Notes: a model not told the origin generated them from the letters alone. A stretch of 64,000 bases of DNA from Vitreimonas sp. (GCA_035627515.1 DASPLQ010000012.1:714331-778330), one strand, 5' to 3'; shown: positions 38,872-49,667, counted from the first letter of the stretch. A program made the numbers and translations.

Positions 38872-39507
38872 TTATGCGCAAACTCTACATTCAGCTGAAG
38901 CGGAGCCTAACCAGGTATGTGGATTTCCATCCCAGCACCATCCTAAGTTCGGTTCCTTGTGACCATTAATCCAGATTGCCGGCACTCTCTGATCGCCTTT
39001 ATGTCGTGAGGCCAAAAGTGAAAAACAATTATTTTTCTTTAAAAAATCTGGGTAGTGAGTGACAATTGCTACCCCTTCATCAATAGTTAGAGGAGTACGA
39101 CCGGCTGTCGTAATGATTTTTAAAGCCTGATTGGGAGGAAGGTTAATATTCTCTTTCCCGCGATCGATATTCATCAGTAGATAGGCATTTTCAACTGGTA
39201 CCGGCACGGTTTCTAGGGTGGAAAAGTCGGTGGGTTGATGAGGAAACAATTTGGTGACACCAGCTTTGCCATCTTTTTCAATGACACTCATCGCGGTTTC
39301 AGTGGGCACCAGCTCACTTTTGATGACAATAACAAAAGATAATTTGCCCAGCTCAATGTCTATTACAAACTCCTCATTTTGAGAAAGTTTAGCTTTAAGC
39401 GGAGTGATTAAATCACTAAAAGCTTGTTCAGTGAGTCCTGCGGCCTGATGATATTTCTTATCAATTAAAGTGGCTAGCTGGTGGTCAAAAGCTTCATGAA
39501 GAGTCAT
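38872..39507 (-). CDS. hypothetical protein (211 aa)
   Basis: ORF co-oriented with the LigT-like gene, 10 nt apart. Confidence 0.4.
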   Translation of the reverse strand: MTLHEAFDHQLATLIDKKYHQAAGLTEQAFSDLITPLKAKLSQNEEFVIDIELGKLSFVIVIKSELVPTETAMSVIEKDGKAGVTKLFPHQPTDFSTLETVPVPVENAYLLMNIDRGKENINLPPNQALKIITTAGRTPLTIDEGVAIVTHYPDFLKKNNCFSLLASRHKGDQRVPAIWINGHKEPNLGWCWDGNPHTWLGSASAECRVCA

Positions 39508-39516
39508 AGGCTGATT

Positions 39517-40065
39517 CTAACGGAATTGATGCCCAGTTCCAAATTTAAAAACGTTCTTGATTTGCCAGGGTTCAAATCGATGATGCTGGAATAACGTCAG
39601 ACTGTTAATTTCGATTTGTAGAGACAGTTTTAAAGCTCTAACTTGTTGTTTTACTGCATCCACAGTATTCAAGTCCAAGCGGTTAGCAATTGTTAAATGT
39701 GGAGTGTAGTTAGTTTCGAGGGGTAAAAATCTTATCGACTGTGTTAAGTCTTGCTCTAACTCTCGGAAGGGTTTAGCCCTTTCTGGTGCTAAGAAAACAG
39801 TCCCATACTTATGATGTTTGAAGCTGCCTATCTTTTCAAAATCGACAGTGAATGGTCGCTGACGTTTGGCCCACTTCTCTAGCTGTTCGCTGAGAGGTTT
39901 TTCGAAGTGATATCTAAAAGGTCTTTTGATCGTAATATGGGGCGGACTAGATAAAATTGATCTGTTTTCTAACTGCTGGCGAATTGCAGTAATGACTGCA
40001 GTTTCCTGGGGAGGTAAGCCACAACCTAAGAAATATTCTAGATCTGGATCTAACGCATACGCCAT
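39517..40065 (-). CDS. 2H phosphoesterase (LigT/ThpR-like RNA 2',3'-cyclic phosphodiesterase family)
   Basis: Two H-x-T/S-x motifs (HITIKRPF and HLTIANRL) spaced as in the 2H superfamily. Confidence 0.65.
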   Translation of the reverse strand: MAYALDPDLEYFLGCGLPPQETAVITAIRQQLENRSILSSPPHITIKRPFRYHFEKPLSEQLEKWAKRQRPFTVDFEKIGSFKHHKYGTVFLAPERAKPFRELEQDLTQSIRFLPLETNYTPHLTIANRLDLNTVDAVKQQVRALKLSLQIEINSLTLFQHHRFEPWQIKNVFKFGTGHQFR

Positions 40066-40128
40066 AACAGCTGATTGTACGCTGAGTTTAGCAAGGAAAG
40101 GACTAGAAACGTGCTAGATTCTGATTAA

Positions 40129-40782
40129 CTATGGTGTTAAATCAATACTTTGAATGATGGCTAAAGCTTCTCGAGGATCGATCGCGGCAGTGCCCACCCC
40201 TTCACCACCAGTAAAGTAACCAAACACGTATCGGTAACCATTATGTTCTAGTAAGAACCGTCGCTCGGTAGTCCCAGTGGGAAACTCCCAAGGCTCAGTG
40301 TTTTCATAACTTTTGACGGTCAGCCCATCAATGGTGACGTCATCAACGCGGGTATATGTTAGCCACCGGTCAAACTCAGGTTGGCCCGAATCTGAGAGAG
40401 ACACGCTTTTGCCAATCTCTAAAGGTTGGAGCATAGTAAAGGTCCGGTGGCTGTAGTTGTAAATTTCACCCTCATTATTGCTTTGTGGAGGAATTGCTGA
40501 TAAATAAATTAAATTAGCTGGTCCCTGTGATAAAGGTTGATTTTTAGTGATCAGCTGGGCGCTATAACTAGAAGTGCGCTGAAGTTCAAGGTTATGAGGA
40601 ATGATAACGCTATAACCGTGTGCCTGCTCAACATGTCGCTCACCTTGGAGTGGCAAGCTGCCCACTGAAGCCGGCTGAGGAGAACCTGAAGGGGTGAGAG
40701 GTAAGAGGGGCTTAAGGTAAAGGCCAGCGCCCACAAGGATACATACAAAGCCTATGGCAAGTAACGGTAAATATTGTTTCAT
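40129..40782 (-). CDS. hypothetical secreted protein (217 aa)
   Basis: N-terminal signal/TM segment LPLLAIGFVCILVGAGLYL. Confidence 0.45.
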   Translation of the reverse strand: MKQYLPLLAIGFVCILVGAGLYLKPLLPLTPSGSPQPASVGSLPLQGERHVEQAHGYSVIIPHNLELQRTSSYSAQLITKNQPLSQGPANLIYLSAIPPQSNNEGEIYNYSHRTFTMLQPLEIGKSVSLSDSGQPEFDRWLTYTRVDDVTIDGLTVKSYENTEPWEFPTGTTERRFLLEHNGYRYVFGYFTGGEGVGTAAIDPREALAIIQSIDLTP

Positions 40783-40828
40783 ATTATAGTAAGTATACGA
40801 GTTTTAATTTCAAACCACACCAGCGATT

Positions 40829-41374
40829 TTGATTGGTAGAATAAGAAGTATGAAAAATTTTACTTTGGTTTGTGTGGTGGCTTTAGTTGTCTTTATTGCT
40901 TGGCTAAGTTTGGTTACCCCAATGACAATGAAACAAGAATTGAGTGATACCTCATTAAGTTCTACACCTTCACCTACACAGCTGCCAGAAAGTGTGCCGG
41001 GTCCGATTGTAACTCCCGATGCGAATAGTGATAACTCTGGTGGTGGGAGTTATTTGCCTTTTTCACCAGAAGTGATGAACATGACCAGTACTACTCGGCG
41101 AGTGCTTTTTTTCTATGCTAATTGGTGTCCGACGTGCAAACCTGCCGATGAGGATTTCACTAATAATAGCCATCGTTTGCCAGCGGATGTGACTGTGATT
41201 CGCGTCAATTACAATGATCCTGATACCGATGAAACCGAAAAAGCCTTAGCAAAAAAATATGCCGTCACGTATCAGCACACCTATGTGCAAATTGATGAAA
41301 GTGGTGATGCCGTCACAAAGTGGAATGGGGGGCAAGTAGAAGAAATGCTGAGTAAACTCCAGCCCAGTCGGTAA
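40829..41374 (+). CDS. membrane-anchored thioredoxin-like protein
   Basis: N-terminal TM helix followed by a thioredoxin fold with FFYANWCPTCK (CxxC). Confidence 0.7.
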   Translation: MIGRIRSMKNFTLVCVVALVVFIAWLSLVTPMTMKQELSDTSLSSTPSPTQLPESVPGPIVTPDANSDNSGGGSYLPFSPEVMNMTSTTRRVLFFYANWCPTCKPADEDFTNNSHRLPADVTVIRVNYNDPDTDETEKALAKKYAVTYQHTYVQIDESGDAVTKWNGGQVEEMLSKLQPSR

Positions 41375-41419
41375 GAGTACGCTTAGACATTGGAATAAGG
41401 TACAATAACCCCTTACGCG

Positions 41420-42712
41420 ATGAAAAACTTTTATCATTTACTAGCTAATACCTTGATTGCTTCCATTACTAACATGAGTGTGTGGTTTGCCATCATTTTC
41501 TATGTATATCTACAAACAAACTCAGTAATGGCCACTTCAATAATGTCAGGTATTTATTCAACTGCTGTGGCGTCATCAGGTATTTGGTTTGGAAGTTTAG
41601 TGGACCATTATAAAAAGAAATACGTGATGATGGCCTCCAGTTTTGTTTCCTTATTGTTATTTAGTGTAGGCTTTGGAGTGTATTTAACCACTGCCCCAGA
41701 AGAATTTACACAAATTACTAGTGTACGACTATGGGTGTTGATTCCTATTTTATTATTTGGCGTAGTGGTGGGAAACATTCGCACCATTGCCCTACCTACC
41801 TTAGTTACCTTATTAGTGGCTGAAAAAAAACGTGATAAAGCAAATGGCTTAGTGGGTACTACCAGTGGAATTGCTTTCACGATTACTTCTGTCATCAGTG
41901 GTTTCTTGGTCAGTTTAGGTGGCATGTTTTATGTGATGATCCTAGCCATAGCGATGACTTTATTATCAATTCTTCATTTGTGGTTGGTCCCGATCGTCGA
42001 AAAGAAAATTGTTCATCTTCAAAAGGGCAAAAGTAAAATTGATATGGCTGGTACTTTGAAAGCCATCTTCAAGATCTCCGGGTTAGCTGCCTTAATTCTG
42101 TTTACCACCTTTAATAATTTTTTAGGTGGTGTGTTTATGTCGCTGATGGATGCCTATGCCTTATCCATGGTATCTGTAGAAGTGTGGGGTTTATTATTGG
42201 GACTCATAAGTACAGCCTTTATTATGGGCGGAATGATGATTGCCAAATTCGGGTTGGGCAAAAATCCACTGCTGGCACTGTTTACGGCGAACATCATCAT
42301 GTGGATAATTTGTTGTTTCTTTACTATTTATCCATCAGTTATCTTGCTAGTGGCAGGCATGTATGCCTATTTATGCGTTGTGCCTTACATTGAAGCTTCC
42401 GAACACACCATTATTCAAAAAGTTGTGCCAGTGGAACGACAAGGTCGTGTCTTTGGTTTTGCTCAAAGTGTGGAACAAGCGGCTTCGCCAATCACGGCTT
42501 TTGCAATTGGCCCTATTGCTCAGTACCTCTTCATTCCATTCATGACGACTGGTGCTGGGGTAGAGCTGATTGGGTGGTGGTTTGGCACTGGGCATGACAG
42601 AGGTATTGCTCTGGTCTTTACAGTCACCGGCATTATTGGTTTATGTATGACCTTGATTGCCTTTAACTCTAAACAATACCGAGTGTTGTCTCAACAATAC
42701 TTGAGTAAATAA
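41420..42712 (+). CDS. MFS transporter
   Basis: 12 predicted TM segments; 430 aa. Confidence 0.75.
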   Translation: MKNFYHLLANTLIASITNMSVWFAIIFYVYLQTNSVMATSIMSGIYSTAVASSGIWFGSLVDHYKKKYVMMASSFVSLLLFSVGFGVYLTTAPEEFTQITSVRLWVLIPILLFGVVVGNIRTIALPTLVTLLVAEKKRDKANGLVGTTSGIAFTITSVISGFLVSLGGMFYVMILAIAMTLLSILHLWLVPIVEKKIVHLQKGKSKIDMAGTLKAIFKISGLAALILFTTFNNFLGGVFMSLMDAYALSMVSVEVWGLLLGLISTAFIMGGMMIAKFGLGKNPLLALFTANIIMWIICCFFTIYPSVILLVAGMYAYLCVVPYIEASEHTIIQKVVPVERQGRVFGFAQSVEQAASPITAFAIGPIAQYLFIPFMTTGAGVELIGWWFGTGHDRGIALVFTVTGIIGLCMTLIAFNSKQYRVLSQQYLSK

Positions 42713-42772
42713 GTTGACTACATCACCCTACAGCCTTGCCAAAAGCCATTTCCTGAGTATACTCAGGGATAT

Positions 42773-43138
42773 ATGCTCAACCTCAACTCTCTCATGGTCG
42801 GTACCATGCAACCCCAAGTATTAGGTGAATTTTATGGCAAGGTTTTTGATAAAGCCCCCGATATGCATGATGGTGATTGGTATGGTTGGCAAGTGGGTGG
42901 CTGTTTCTTTACTGTGGGCGAGCACTCAGAAATGGGTGGAGCAGCCAAAGATCCTGGCCGAATGATGTTTAATTTAGAAACTACTGAAGTGAAACAAGAG
43001 TTTGATCGGCTGGTATCGGTAGGTGCCACCGTAATTAAAGAACCTTATGAGATGCAGGGAGCCTGGATTGCTACTTTAGCTGATCCAGACGGAAATTACT
43101 TCCAACTGATGACACCTTGGGAAGCACCGAGCAAATAA
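42773..43138 (+). CDS. VOC/glyoxalase-family protein
   Basis: Small beta-alpha-beta-beta-beta fold pattern; DPDGNYFQL C-terminal motif. Confidence 0.55.
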   Translation: MLNLNSLMVGTMQPQVLGEFYGKVFDKAPDMHDGDWYGWQVGGCFFTVGEHSEMGGAAKDPGRMMFNLETTEVKQEFDRLVSVGATVIKEPYEMQGAWIATLADPDGNYFQLMTPWEAPSK

Positions 43139-43150
43139 GCGCGTGTAGTT

Positions 43151-44023
43151 TTAGGGACTGGTTGTGGAGTGTGTAGCAGCTGATGAAGATGTCAGCTCAT
43201 CCGCGTGCCCTAAACATCGACCTTGGTAGTTCGCTTCACATTCAGAACAGCAAATAAACAACTCCACACAGTTTTCCACGGTACAGTCTATGTATCTGGT
43301 GATCGGTACCTGGCAGTATACGCAATGACTAATGATTGAAGGATCCACGGTGTTAACAGGAACGTGTAAGCGCTTATCAAACACAAACATCTCACCTTCA
43401 AAGTATTTGCCCCCAGTTTGCTCACCATACTCATGAATTCCACCATGCAGTTGACGAACGTTTTGGAAACCTTGTTCGCGCAAGTAAGCTGAGGCTTTTT
43501 CACAGCGCACGCCACCGGTGCAGTAGGTGATTACTTCTTTATCTTTGAACTGGTCCAGCCGCTTCACAAAGGCAGGAAAGTCCCGAAAATTTTCAATGGG
43601 AGCAATCACGGCATTTTTGAATTTACCCACTTCAGCTTCATACCCATTGCGGGCATCAATGATTACGAACTCTTTATTATGGTCATAGAGTTGCTGCAAC
43701 TCATGAGGCTCAATATACTGAGCTTTGTTGGCAATGTTGACATCTGACCCACTTTTTCTAACTCCCAGTGTCACGATCTCATCTCGCACCAGCACTCGCA
43801 ACTTAGGAAAAACTTGCTCAGCAGCCCATGAGATTTTCCACTCCATATCATTAAATTCGGGGAGTGAGCTCGTCGTCTCCATGTACTCATTAATTTCATT
43901 CTCTAAGCCAGCCACGGTGCCATTAATACCCTCATGTGAGATCAAAATCCGCCCGTTAAGATTTAAGCTCGTACACAGATCCTTTTGCTGAACTTTTAGA
44001 GCTTCTGGGTCAGCGAGGCTCAC
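43151..44023 (-). CDS. trhO: rhodanese-domain tRNA U34 hydroxylase (UPF0176/TrhO/YceA family)
   Basis: CTGGVRCEKASAYLREQGFQNVRQLHGGI rhodanese active-site Cys loop, plus a C-terminal Cys-rich tail. Confidence 0.75.
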   Translation of the reverse strand: MSLADPEALKVQQKDLCTSLNLNGRILISHEGINGTVAGLENEINEYMETTSSLPEFNDMEWKISWAAEQVFPKLRVLVRDEIVTLGVRKSGSDVNIANKAQYIEPHELQQLYDHNKEFVIIDARNGYEAEVGKFKNAVIAPIENFRDFPAFVKRLDQFKDKEVITYCTGGVRCEKASAYLREQGFQNVRQLHGGIHEYGEQTGGKYFEGEMFVFDKRLHVPVNTVDPSIISHCVYCQVPITRYIDCTVENCVELFICCSECEANYQGRCLGHADELTSSSAATHSTTSP

Positions 44024-44069
44024 ATATTTATAATAGAGAAGAATTTTATAAGTGTTCGAAATAGTAGAG

Positions 44070-44831
44070 CTATTTTACCAGATCAAAAGCTAATTCATCC
44101 AGCTCGACGCAATCACTTTTATCGTAAGGACCATTGGCGGTGCGTGTAATTGACCAGGTAGTGGCGGGTATATTAATGTGCGTTGCTACATCTTGTACTA
44201 ATTGTCGAATATACGTTCCAGGTGAGGTAGTGACGCTATGAGTGGTAATTAATAAATCAGTAGCCTCTTTGGCGAGGGCTTTCTCCCATGAGTCAAGTAT
44301 CTCACTTTGTCTAAAATCTCCAGCCAACGACTGGACGGAGTTACTTTGCTGGCTTAAGATGGCAGATGCCGCAGCTACAGAGACATCATGAAGGTGAAAG
44401 TGATGGAGAGAAATATCACGGGTTTTAAGAGGCAATTCGCTGCCGCCTTTTGCCAGCTCAAAATGAGATTGCCCCTGCCAGCGGGCTGCTGAAAAAGCAG
44501 GTACAGACTGAGAATACTGCGCAGGAAATTTTTCTATGATCCTGCGAAGTTCATCGATTTTTGGCTGCTGACCGCGGTAAGTAGTAATCAAGCCTAATCT
44601 ATCCAAGGAATCCGTGGCTACTCCCCACAAAATTGAGAAGTGATAGGTTTTTTGCCAATCTTGAAGCTGGCCTTTAGCAAATCGATCATCACCAGCTAAA
44701 ATCACCAGTACACCTTCTGCCATGGGATCGAGGGTGCCAGTATGAGTAGCAGGTGCATTAAGAGCCCGTCCGCAGGCCTCAGCCAAACGATGAGAAGAAC
44801 TGCCCAGTGGCTGCCAGATAGGAAAAATCAT
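44070..44831 (-). CDS. truB: tRNA pseudouridine(55) synthase
   Basis: HTGTLDPMAEGVLVILAGD (catalytic Asp motif) and SPGTYIRQLVQDV motifs. Confidence 0.8.
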   Translation of the reverse strand: MIFPIWQPLGSSSHRLAEACGRALNAPATHTGTLDPMAEGVLVILAGDDRFAKGQLQDWQKTYHFSILWGVATDSLDRLGLITTYRGQQPKIDELRRIIEKFPAQYSQSVPAFSAARWQGQSHFELAKGGSELPLKTRDISLHHFHLHDVSVAAASAILSQQSNSVQSLAGDFRQSEILDSWEKALAKEATDLLITTHSVTTSPGTYIRQLVQDVATHINIPATTWSITRTANGPYDKSDCVELDELAFDLVK

Positions 44832-44869
44832 GGTGGTACTATACCACTTTGATCTTCAGGGTGGGGAAT

Positions 44870-45487
44870 CTAGAATCCTAAGTCTTCATTTACAAAAATG
44901 ATTCGTAAGCGCTCAGGATTAACCTCACGATTGATGATGAGAATTTTACTAATAAACGTTTCCCAGTTCTCAGGTAAGCCATAAGCTTGTTGTGCCCGCT
45001 TAGTTTCTAAGGGGACCACGTGTTCTTGAGTTCTTTTCAAACCATCATCAATACTAGAGGTGATTTTCTTGGTACTCACTACCCAAATTACATGTGACGC
45101 TCCATAGGCATACGCCGGTAATTGACTGCCGGTGTTAGAAACCACGAGCACTTTACCATCTTCAGTGACTGCATGCACACTCCCGACTACCCATTCAGGG
45201 GCGGCGCCGAGTTGTTGCATTTTGGCATGATCAGTTTCACGATCAAGTTTACTGAGCGTGGTTTTAACTGAAGCATAGGTATCAGAATTGAGTGCGTCTT
45301 CCAAGCCCGATTGAAGTAGGGTGATCGAAGTCATTGTCATCACTTCTGCTCCAGCTGGGATGAGTGAGAGGACTCTATCTTTAGCTTCAGCAGCTGTTTG
45401 GACATATTCGGCTGTAATGCCATTGGCCTGAAGGGCTGCTATGGTTTTAGTGACAGTTTCAGCTGAGGCGAGTGAGGTGTGACTCAT
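44870..45487 (-). CDS. LUD-domain (LutC/YkgG-like) protein
   Basis: About 200 aa with the N-terminal pattern typical of the LUD domain. Confidence 0.5.
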   Translation of the reverse strand: MSHTSLASAETVTKTIAALQANGITAEYVQTAAEAKDRVLSLIPAGAEVMTMTSITLLQSGLEDALNSDTYASVKTTLSKLDRETDHAKMQQLGAAPEWVVGSVHAVTEDGKVLVVSNTGSQLPAYAYGASHVIWVVSTKKITSSIDDGLKRTQEHVVPLETKRAQQAYGLPENWETFISKILIINREVNPERLRIIFVNEDLGF

Positions 45488-45564
45488 AGGGTGTGTACTT
45501 TCTGGTAATTACTAGTATAATTACTATATAATTTGTAGTGCTATAAAAGTGATAGTACTATGAA

Positions 45565-45894
45565 ATGAGTAGTATGTCAACCAATCTTCAACCCCCTATT
45601 TCACCCGCTCTTAATACAGCTTTAAAAATGCTAGGAGATACTTGGGTATTGTCCATCTTATGTAATCTGTCACGTCAAAAAATGCGCTTTAACGAACTGC
45701 AACGTTCCATTGAAGGTATTAATCCTTCTACTTTAGCTAATAGACTTAAGAAATTGGAACAAGAACAGGTCATAAATCGACAAGAAGAAACTTTAGACAA
45801 GTTATCTGTGGTTTATGAATTGACACCAAAAGGCGAAGCTATTTTACCGATCACACGTGAGTTTCGAAAGTTTGCGGAGAAATTTTATCAGTAA
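45565..45894 (+). CDS. HxlR family transcriptional regulator
   Basis: LGDTWVLSILCNL...MRFNELQRSIEGINPSTLANRLKKLEQEQVI winged-HTH. Confidence 0.8.
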   Translation: MSSMSTNLQPPISPALNTALKMLGDTWVLSILCNLSRQKMRFNELQRSIEGINPSTLANRLKKLEQEQVINRQEETLDKLSVVYELTPKGEAILPITREFRKFAEKFYQ

Positions 45895-45974
45895 TTAACA
45901 CTCGCTTAGTCATTACTTAGTTATTACCAAAGTGTAACGTAGTGATATCGTCAGCGGTGTTAAAATAAGGCACT

Positions 45975-46664
45975 ATGAATGCAACACCACGTTGGTTTGG
46001 AATCTTTTTAGCTATCGTCTTAGTAATTGGCTTAAGCATGGCAGGTTTAATGTTTATTGGTTTTCGTGAGTTAGAGAGTGGCCCCTCACCCGTCCCACAA
46101 GCTAGTTTGGCGCCGTCTATTAATCCCATAGTGCCTGTATTTGAGTCGCCTTCCCCCACGCCTTCAGGGACACCGGCCACTCCCTTAGATTACACAACTT
46201 GGAAACTTTTTCGAAATGGATACGCGTTGCCTTTGCCCCCTAACTGGAAAAACACTTCCGATAGTAATGGTCGAGCTGTTTTTCATCCCGGTGATAAGGT
46301 AGGCAGTCTGACCGAGATCTCGGTCACGGTGCTATCGGACGCCAAAGCACCTCAGGGCCAGCAGTTCACGACGCAAGCAGAGTTTGATCAATGGTCAGCC
46401 GTACAAGGTGATGTCCAAGGTGCAATTCAAAAAATTGATAACGTGACTGTAGATGGTCAGCCCGGACTGATGTTGCTCGATACACGGGGTGGTGAAGATC
46501 AGTGGCTCGTTATTGTGTGGGTTCGCAAGGATAAGAATAATCTTTATCTCACATTCAAAGGTAACCAAAAATATGACGTGGCTGATGCTAGTGCTATAGA
46601 TTATATTGTCTCTAAATTTACGTTTACTGCGCCACCCATGACTGGTTTAGAAGGAAAACAGTAA
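45975..46664 (+). CDS. hypothetical membrane-anchored protein (229 aa)
   Basis: N-terminal TM helix, then a Pro/Ser-rich linker and a globular domain. Confidence 0.4.
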   Translation: MNATPRWFGIFLAIVLVIGLSMAGLMFIGFRELESGPSPVPQASLAPSINPIVPVFESPSPTPSGTPATPLDYTTWKLFRNGYALPLPPNWKNTSDSNGRAVFHPGDKVGSLTEISVTVLSDAKAPQGQQFTTQAEFDQWSAVQGDVQGAIQKIDNVTVDGQPGLMLLDTRGGEDQWLVIVWVRKDKNNLYLTFKGNQKYDVADASAIDYIVSKFTFTAPPMTGLEGKQ

Positions 46665-46671
46665 TCATTTC

Positions 46672-47817
46672 ATGGTAGGCATGTCGCAACGATTTCTATT
46701 ACTCCAGGTCATTACCCCGCATTATCACCAAGATGCTGCTTTGCGCAATATGTCTGAGCTAGAACAATTGGTGACAACGTATGGTGGTGAGACAATTGAA
46801 AAATCCATTCAACACCGCGTCAAACCCCACCCTGCCACCTATATTGGCAGTGGGAAGTTAGAATGGTTGAAAGAGACCGTCAAAGAAAAAAAGATTGACG
46901 TGGTTGTTATTAATTCATTAGTAAATGCTGGGCAGTTGTTCCGTCTGACTAAAGCTTTGTGGGAAGTGAACACGCGCATTGCGGTGTGGGATCGGGTGGA
47001 TTTAATTTTAAATATTTTTGATCAACACGCGACCACAACCGAGGCTAAGCTGCAAATTCAATTAGCTCGGGTAGAGCATACGGGACCACTTATCTACGGT
47101 TTGGGTAAAACCGAGTTGTCACGACAGGGAGGTGGAATTGGTACCCGGGGGGCAGGTGAAACTAATATTGAAAAGGAACGCCGGAACATTAAGAAGTTAA
47201 AGTACGAAATTCAGCAACAACTCAAACAGCGCACGGCTGAGCAAGCCAAACGAATTCAGCAGCGCCAAGCCAAAGGTATCCGAACTGTGGCTTTAGTTGG
47301 TTATACGAGCGCTGGTAAAACGACGCTCTTCAATGCGCTGACGAGTAAAAATCGTGACATGAACCAAGCCCTTTTCACCACTCTGGATAGTGTGGTGGGT
47401 AAACTAAAAATAAGTGAGTATGATCCTACGGTTTTAGTTTCTGACACGATTGGTTTTATCGATGAACTGCCACCAGCTCTTATTGATGCATTTCGGACCA
47501 CCCTAATGGAGTCATTAGCGGCCAAAATTTTGTTACACGTTATCGATGTCAGCGATGATCAATTTGAAGATAAAATGATGGTAGTAGACAAGATTTTGAC
47601 AGAGCTCAATGCTGATCAAAGTATCATTCTAGTCTTTAATAAAATTGATAAAGTCGGTCAAGAAAAACTACAGTATTTGCAGCAAAAGTATGCTGGTCAT
47701 GACATGGCCTTTGTTTCAGCTTACACCAAACAGGGAATAGATGAGTTAAAACGTGAGATTAGCCAGCGCTTGGGAATAAAGCTTTATACTGAATCGACAG
47801 TTAACTCAACCCCGTAA
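46672..47817 (+). CDS. hflX: GTPase HflX
   Basis: G1 GYTSAGKTT, G3 DTIGF, G4 NKID, plus the HflX N-terminal domain. Converges on greA with a 17-nt overlap. Confidence 0.85.
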   Translation: MVGMSQRFLLLQVITPHYHQDAALRNMSELEQLVTTYGGETIEKSIQHRVKPHPATYIGSGKLEWLKETVKEKKIDVVVINSLVNAGQLFRLTKALWEVNTRIAVWDRVDLILNIFDQHATTTEAKLQIQLARVEHTGPLIYGLGKTELSRQGGGIGTRGAGETNIEKERRNIKKLKYEIQQQLKQRTAEQAKRIQQRQAKGIRTVALVGYTSAGKTTLFNALTSKNRDMNQALFTTLDSVVGKLKISEYDPTVLVSDTIGFIDELPPALIDAFRTTLMESLAAKILLHVIDVSDDQFEDKMMVVDKILTELNADQSIILVFNKIDKVGQEKLQYLQQKYAGHDMAFVSAYTKQGIDELKREISQRLGIKLYTESTVNSTP

Positions 47818-48274
47818 TAGTATAAGTGACTTCCCCGACAGGAATTTTCACTTGTACACTGTCGCCAACTTTTTTGCCCATGATGGCTGCACCAATAGGA
47901 CTAGCAGTCGATAATTTACCTTCCATAGGGTTGGATTCATGGACGCTAACGATAAGATAGTCACGGGATTTTTTGCCATCATCAAGCGTGACCGTGCAAC
48001 CAAAATCAACTACTTCATACTTAGATTTTTTGGCAACAACTTGGCCATGAGCCAATAAATGTTTGATTTTACTAATTTGACGTGACAATGAGCCTAACTC
48101 CATCCGGCCGTATTTATAGGCGGCATTTTCTGATAAGTCACCCATCTCGCGGGCAATTTGGACGCGCTTCATGACCTCGGCTCGGGTTTGAGTCAGGCGC
48201 GCTAGCTCCTGCTCTAGCTTGAGATAGGCTTCGGCGGTAAAGGGTATGGTGGGATTGGTAGTGGCTGGCTTCAT
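47801..48274 (-). CDS. greA: transcription elongation factor GreA
   Basis: N-terminal coiled coil LKLEQELARL...DLSENAAY and C-terminal FKBP-like domain; 157 aa. Confidence 0.85.
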   Translation of the reverse strand: MKPATTNPTIPFTAEAYLKLEQELARLTQTRAEVMKRVQIAREMGDLSENAAYKYGRMELGSLSRQISKIKHLLAHGQVVAKKSKYEVVDFGCTVTLDDGKKSRDYLIVSVHESNPMEGKLSTASPIGAAIMGKKVGDSVQVKIPVGEVTYTITGLS

Positions 48275-48323
48275 GAATGCTCCATCTTAACATATCAAGT
48301 AATTTTTGTTACTGTAGCAAGTA

Positions 48324-49667
48324 ATGTGGCAGACTTTTCTGACTAGTAAATTGGTATACCCGGCTTTATTTTGCGGGGCAATGGCTATTTTTTTGGTTCA
48401 TTACCTAGTCTCTGGGCAAGCGGTGTATGGTGATGGCATAGGTTATTATGCCCATCTTCATACCTGGGTCATTGATCGTGATTTTGATCATACCAATGAG
48501 TACAAACACATTTATACACCTGTTAATAATAATGCTCTTACTCCTACTGTCTCACCAGTTATTCAAATTGTGGCGACTACCCAAGATGGGAGAGCTGAAA
48601 ATCACTATAGCCCGGGAGTGGCTTTGTTATTGCTACCTTTTTACATTACGGGGCATTTGGTAGCTCAGCTGCTGGTGTTAGGTGGCATATCAGTTTCAGT
48701 TACAGGATATGGAGATATTTATCAGATTTCATCAGGAATAGGAGCTATTTTATACGTCATACTAGGCTTATATCTGTTGGAGCGGTTAGTAAGGTTCCAT
48801 CTGGCTGATGCGACCATTTCACGATTAACGATAGTTGCCATGTTTTTAGCAACTAACTTACTTTATTACGGCAGCTTTGACGTCATTAACTCACACTTTG
48901 CCTCATTCTTTTTGAGTGTTTTATTTTTTTATATTTTTTATACGCAGCCCTCCAGTCTCAAAAAAGAGTTCGGGCTGGGGTTAGTAGCAGGTTGGCTAAC
49001 GACTAATCGCTTGCAAGATGGAGCAGTGGTCATTATTTGGGGGCTACAAAAGGTACTAGAGCTTTATCAGCGGCGCCTGACTATAACCACGTTTTTAAGA
49101 CAGATGGTGTTATTTGGATCAGGGTGGTTGGTGATGATACTGCCGTTATTGCTCCACTGGCAGCATGTTTTTGGCGATGGCACAGCTCATACTTATTGGC
49201 GTAATTTTGAGAATGATTATGCTGATAAGCGACTCCCCTCGGTACTAGGGAGTTTATTCCATCCGGTAACTGGTTTATTTTCGCGAACACCTTTGTTGGG
49301 GATGGGTTTTATGTATTATCTCTGGTTGAGTTTCAAGCAATGGGCGGAAGGTGTACAGTGGCTTATGATGTTTTTCGGACTTCAAGTGATAGTTATTACG
49401 CTCCAAGGCGGGTGGTTTGCAGCTGCCTACGGTGGCAGAATGTATATTTCATCCTTAGTTTTTTTCGCTGTGGTTTTGGCTAAAATGCTGCAGCATTTGC
49501 GACAAGTTCGGCCCAGCTATTCAATGATACTGATAGGAGTATTTATTCTTCTCAACATTATCTCGGTCTGTTCGTTTGTGTTATTTGAAAAAGGTGCTGA
49601 GGGTGGCGTGACTGGCACAGAACTAAAAACCCTCGAGAGAATCAAAAACTTGCCCAATGTGTTATAA
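48324..49667 (+). CDS. polytopic membrane protein (447 aa), possible GT-C-like
   Basis: About 11 TM helices; no catalytic motif recognised. Confidence 0.45.
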   Translation: MWQTFLTSKLVYPALFCGAMAIFLVHYLVSGQAVYGDGIGYYAHLHTWVIDRDFDHTNEYKHIYTPVNNNALTPTVSPVIQIVATTQDGRAENHYSPGVALLLLPFYITGHLVAQLLVLGGISVSVTGYGDIYQISSGIGAILYVILGLYLLERLVRFHLADATISRLTIVAMFLATNLLYYGSFDVINSHFASFFLSVLFFYIFYTQPSSLKKEFGLGLVAGWLTTNRLQDGAVVIIWGLQKVLELYQRRLTITTFLRQMVLFGSGWLVMILPLLLHWQHVFGDGTAHTYWRNFENDYADKRLPSVLGSLFHPVTGLFSRTPLLGMGFMYYLWLSFKQWAEGVQWLMMFFGLQVIVITLQGGWFAAAYGGRMYISSLVFFAVVLAKMLQHLRQVRPSYSMILIGVFILLNIISVCSFVLFEKGAEGGVTGTELKTLERIKNLPNVL

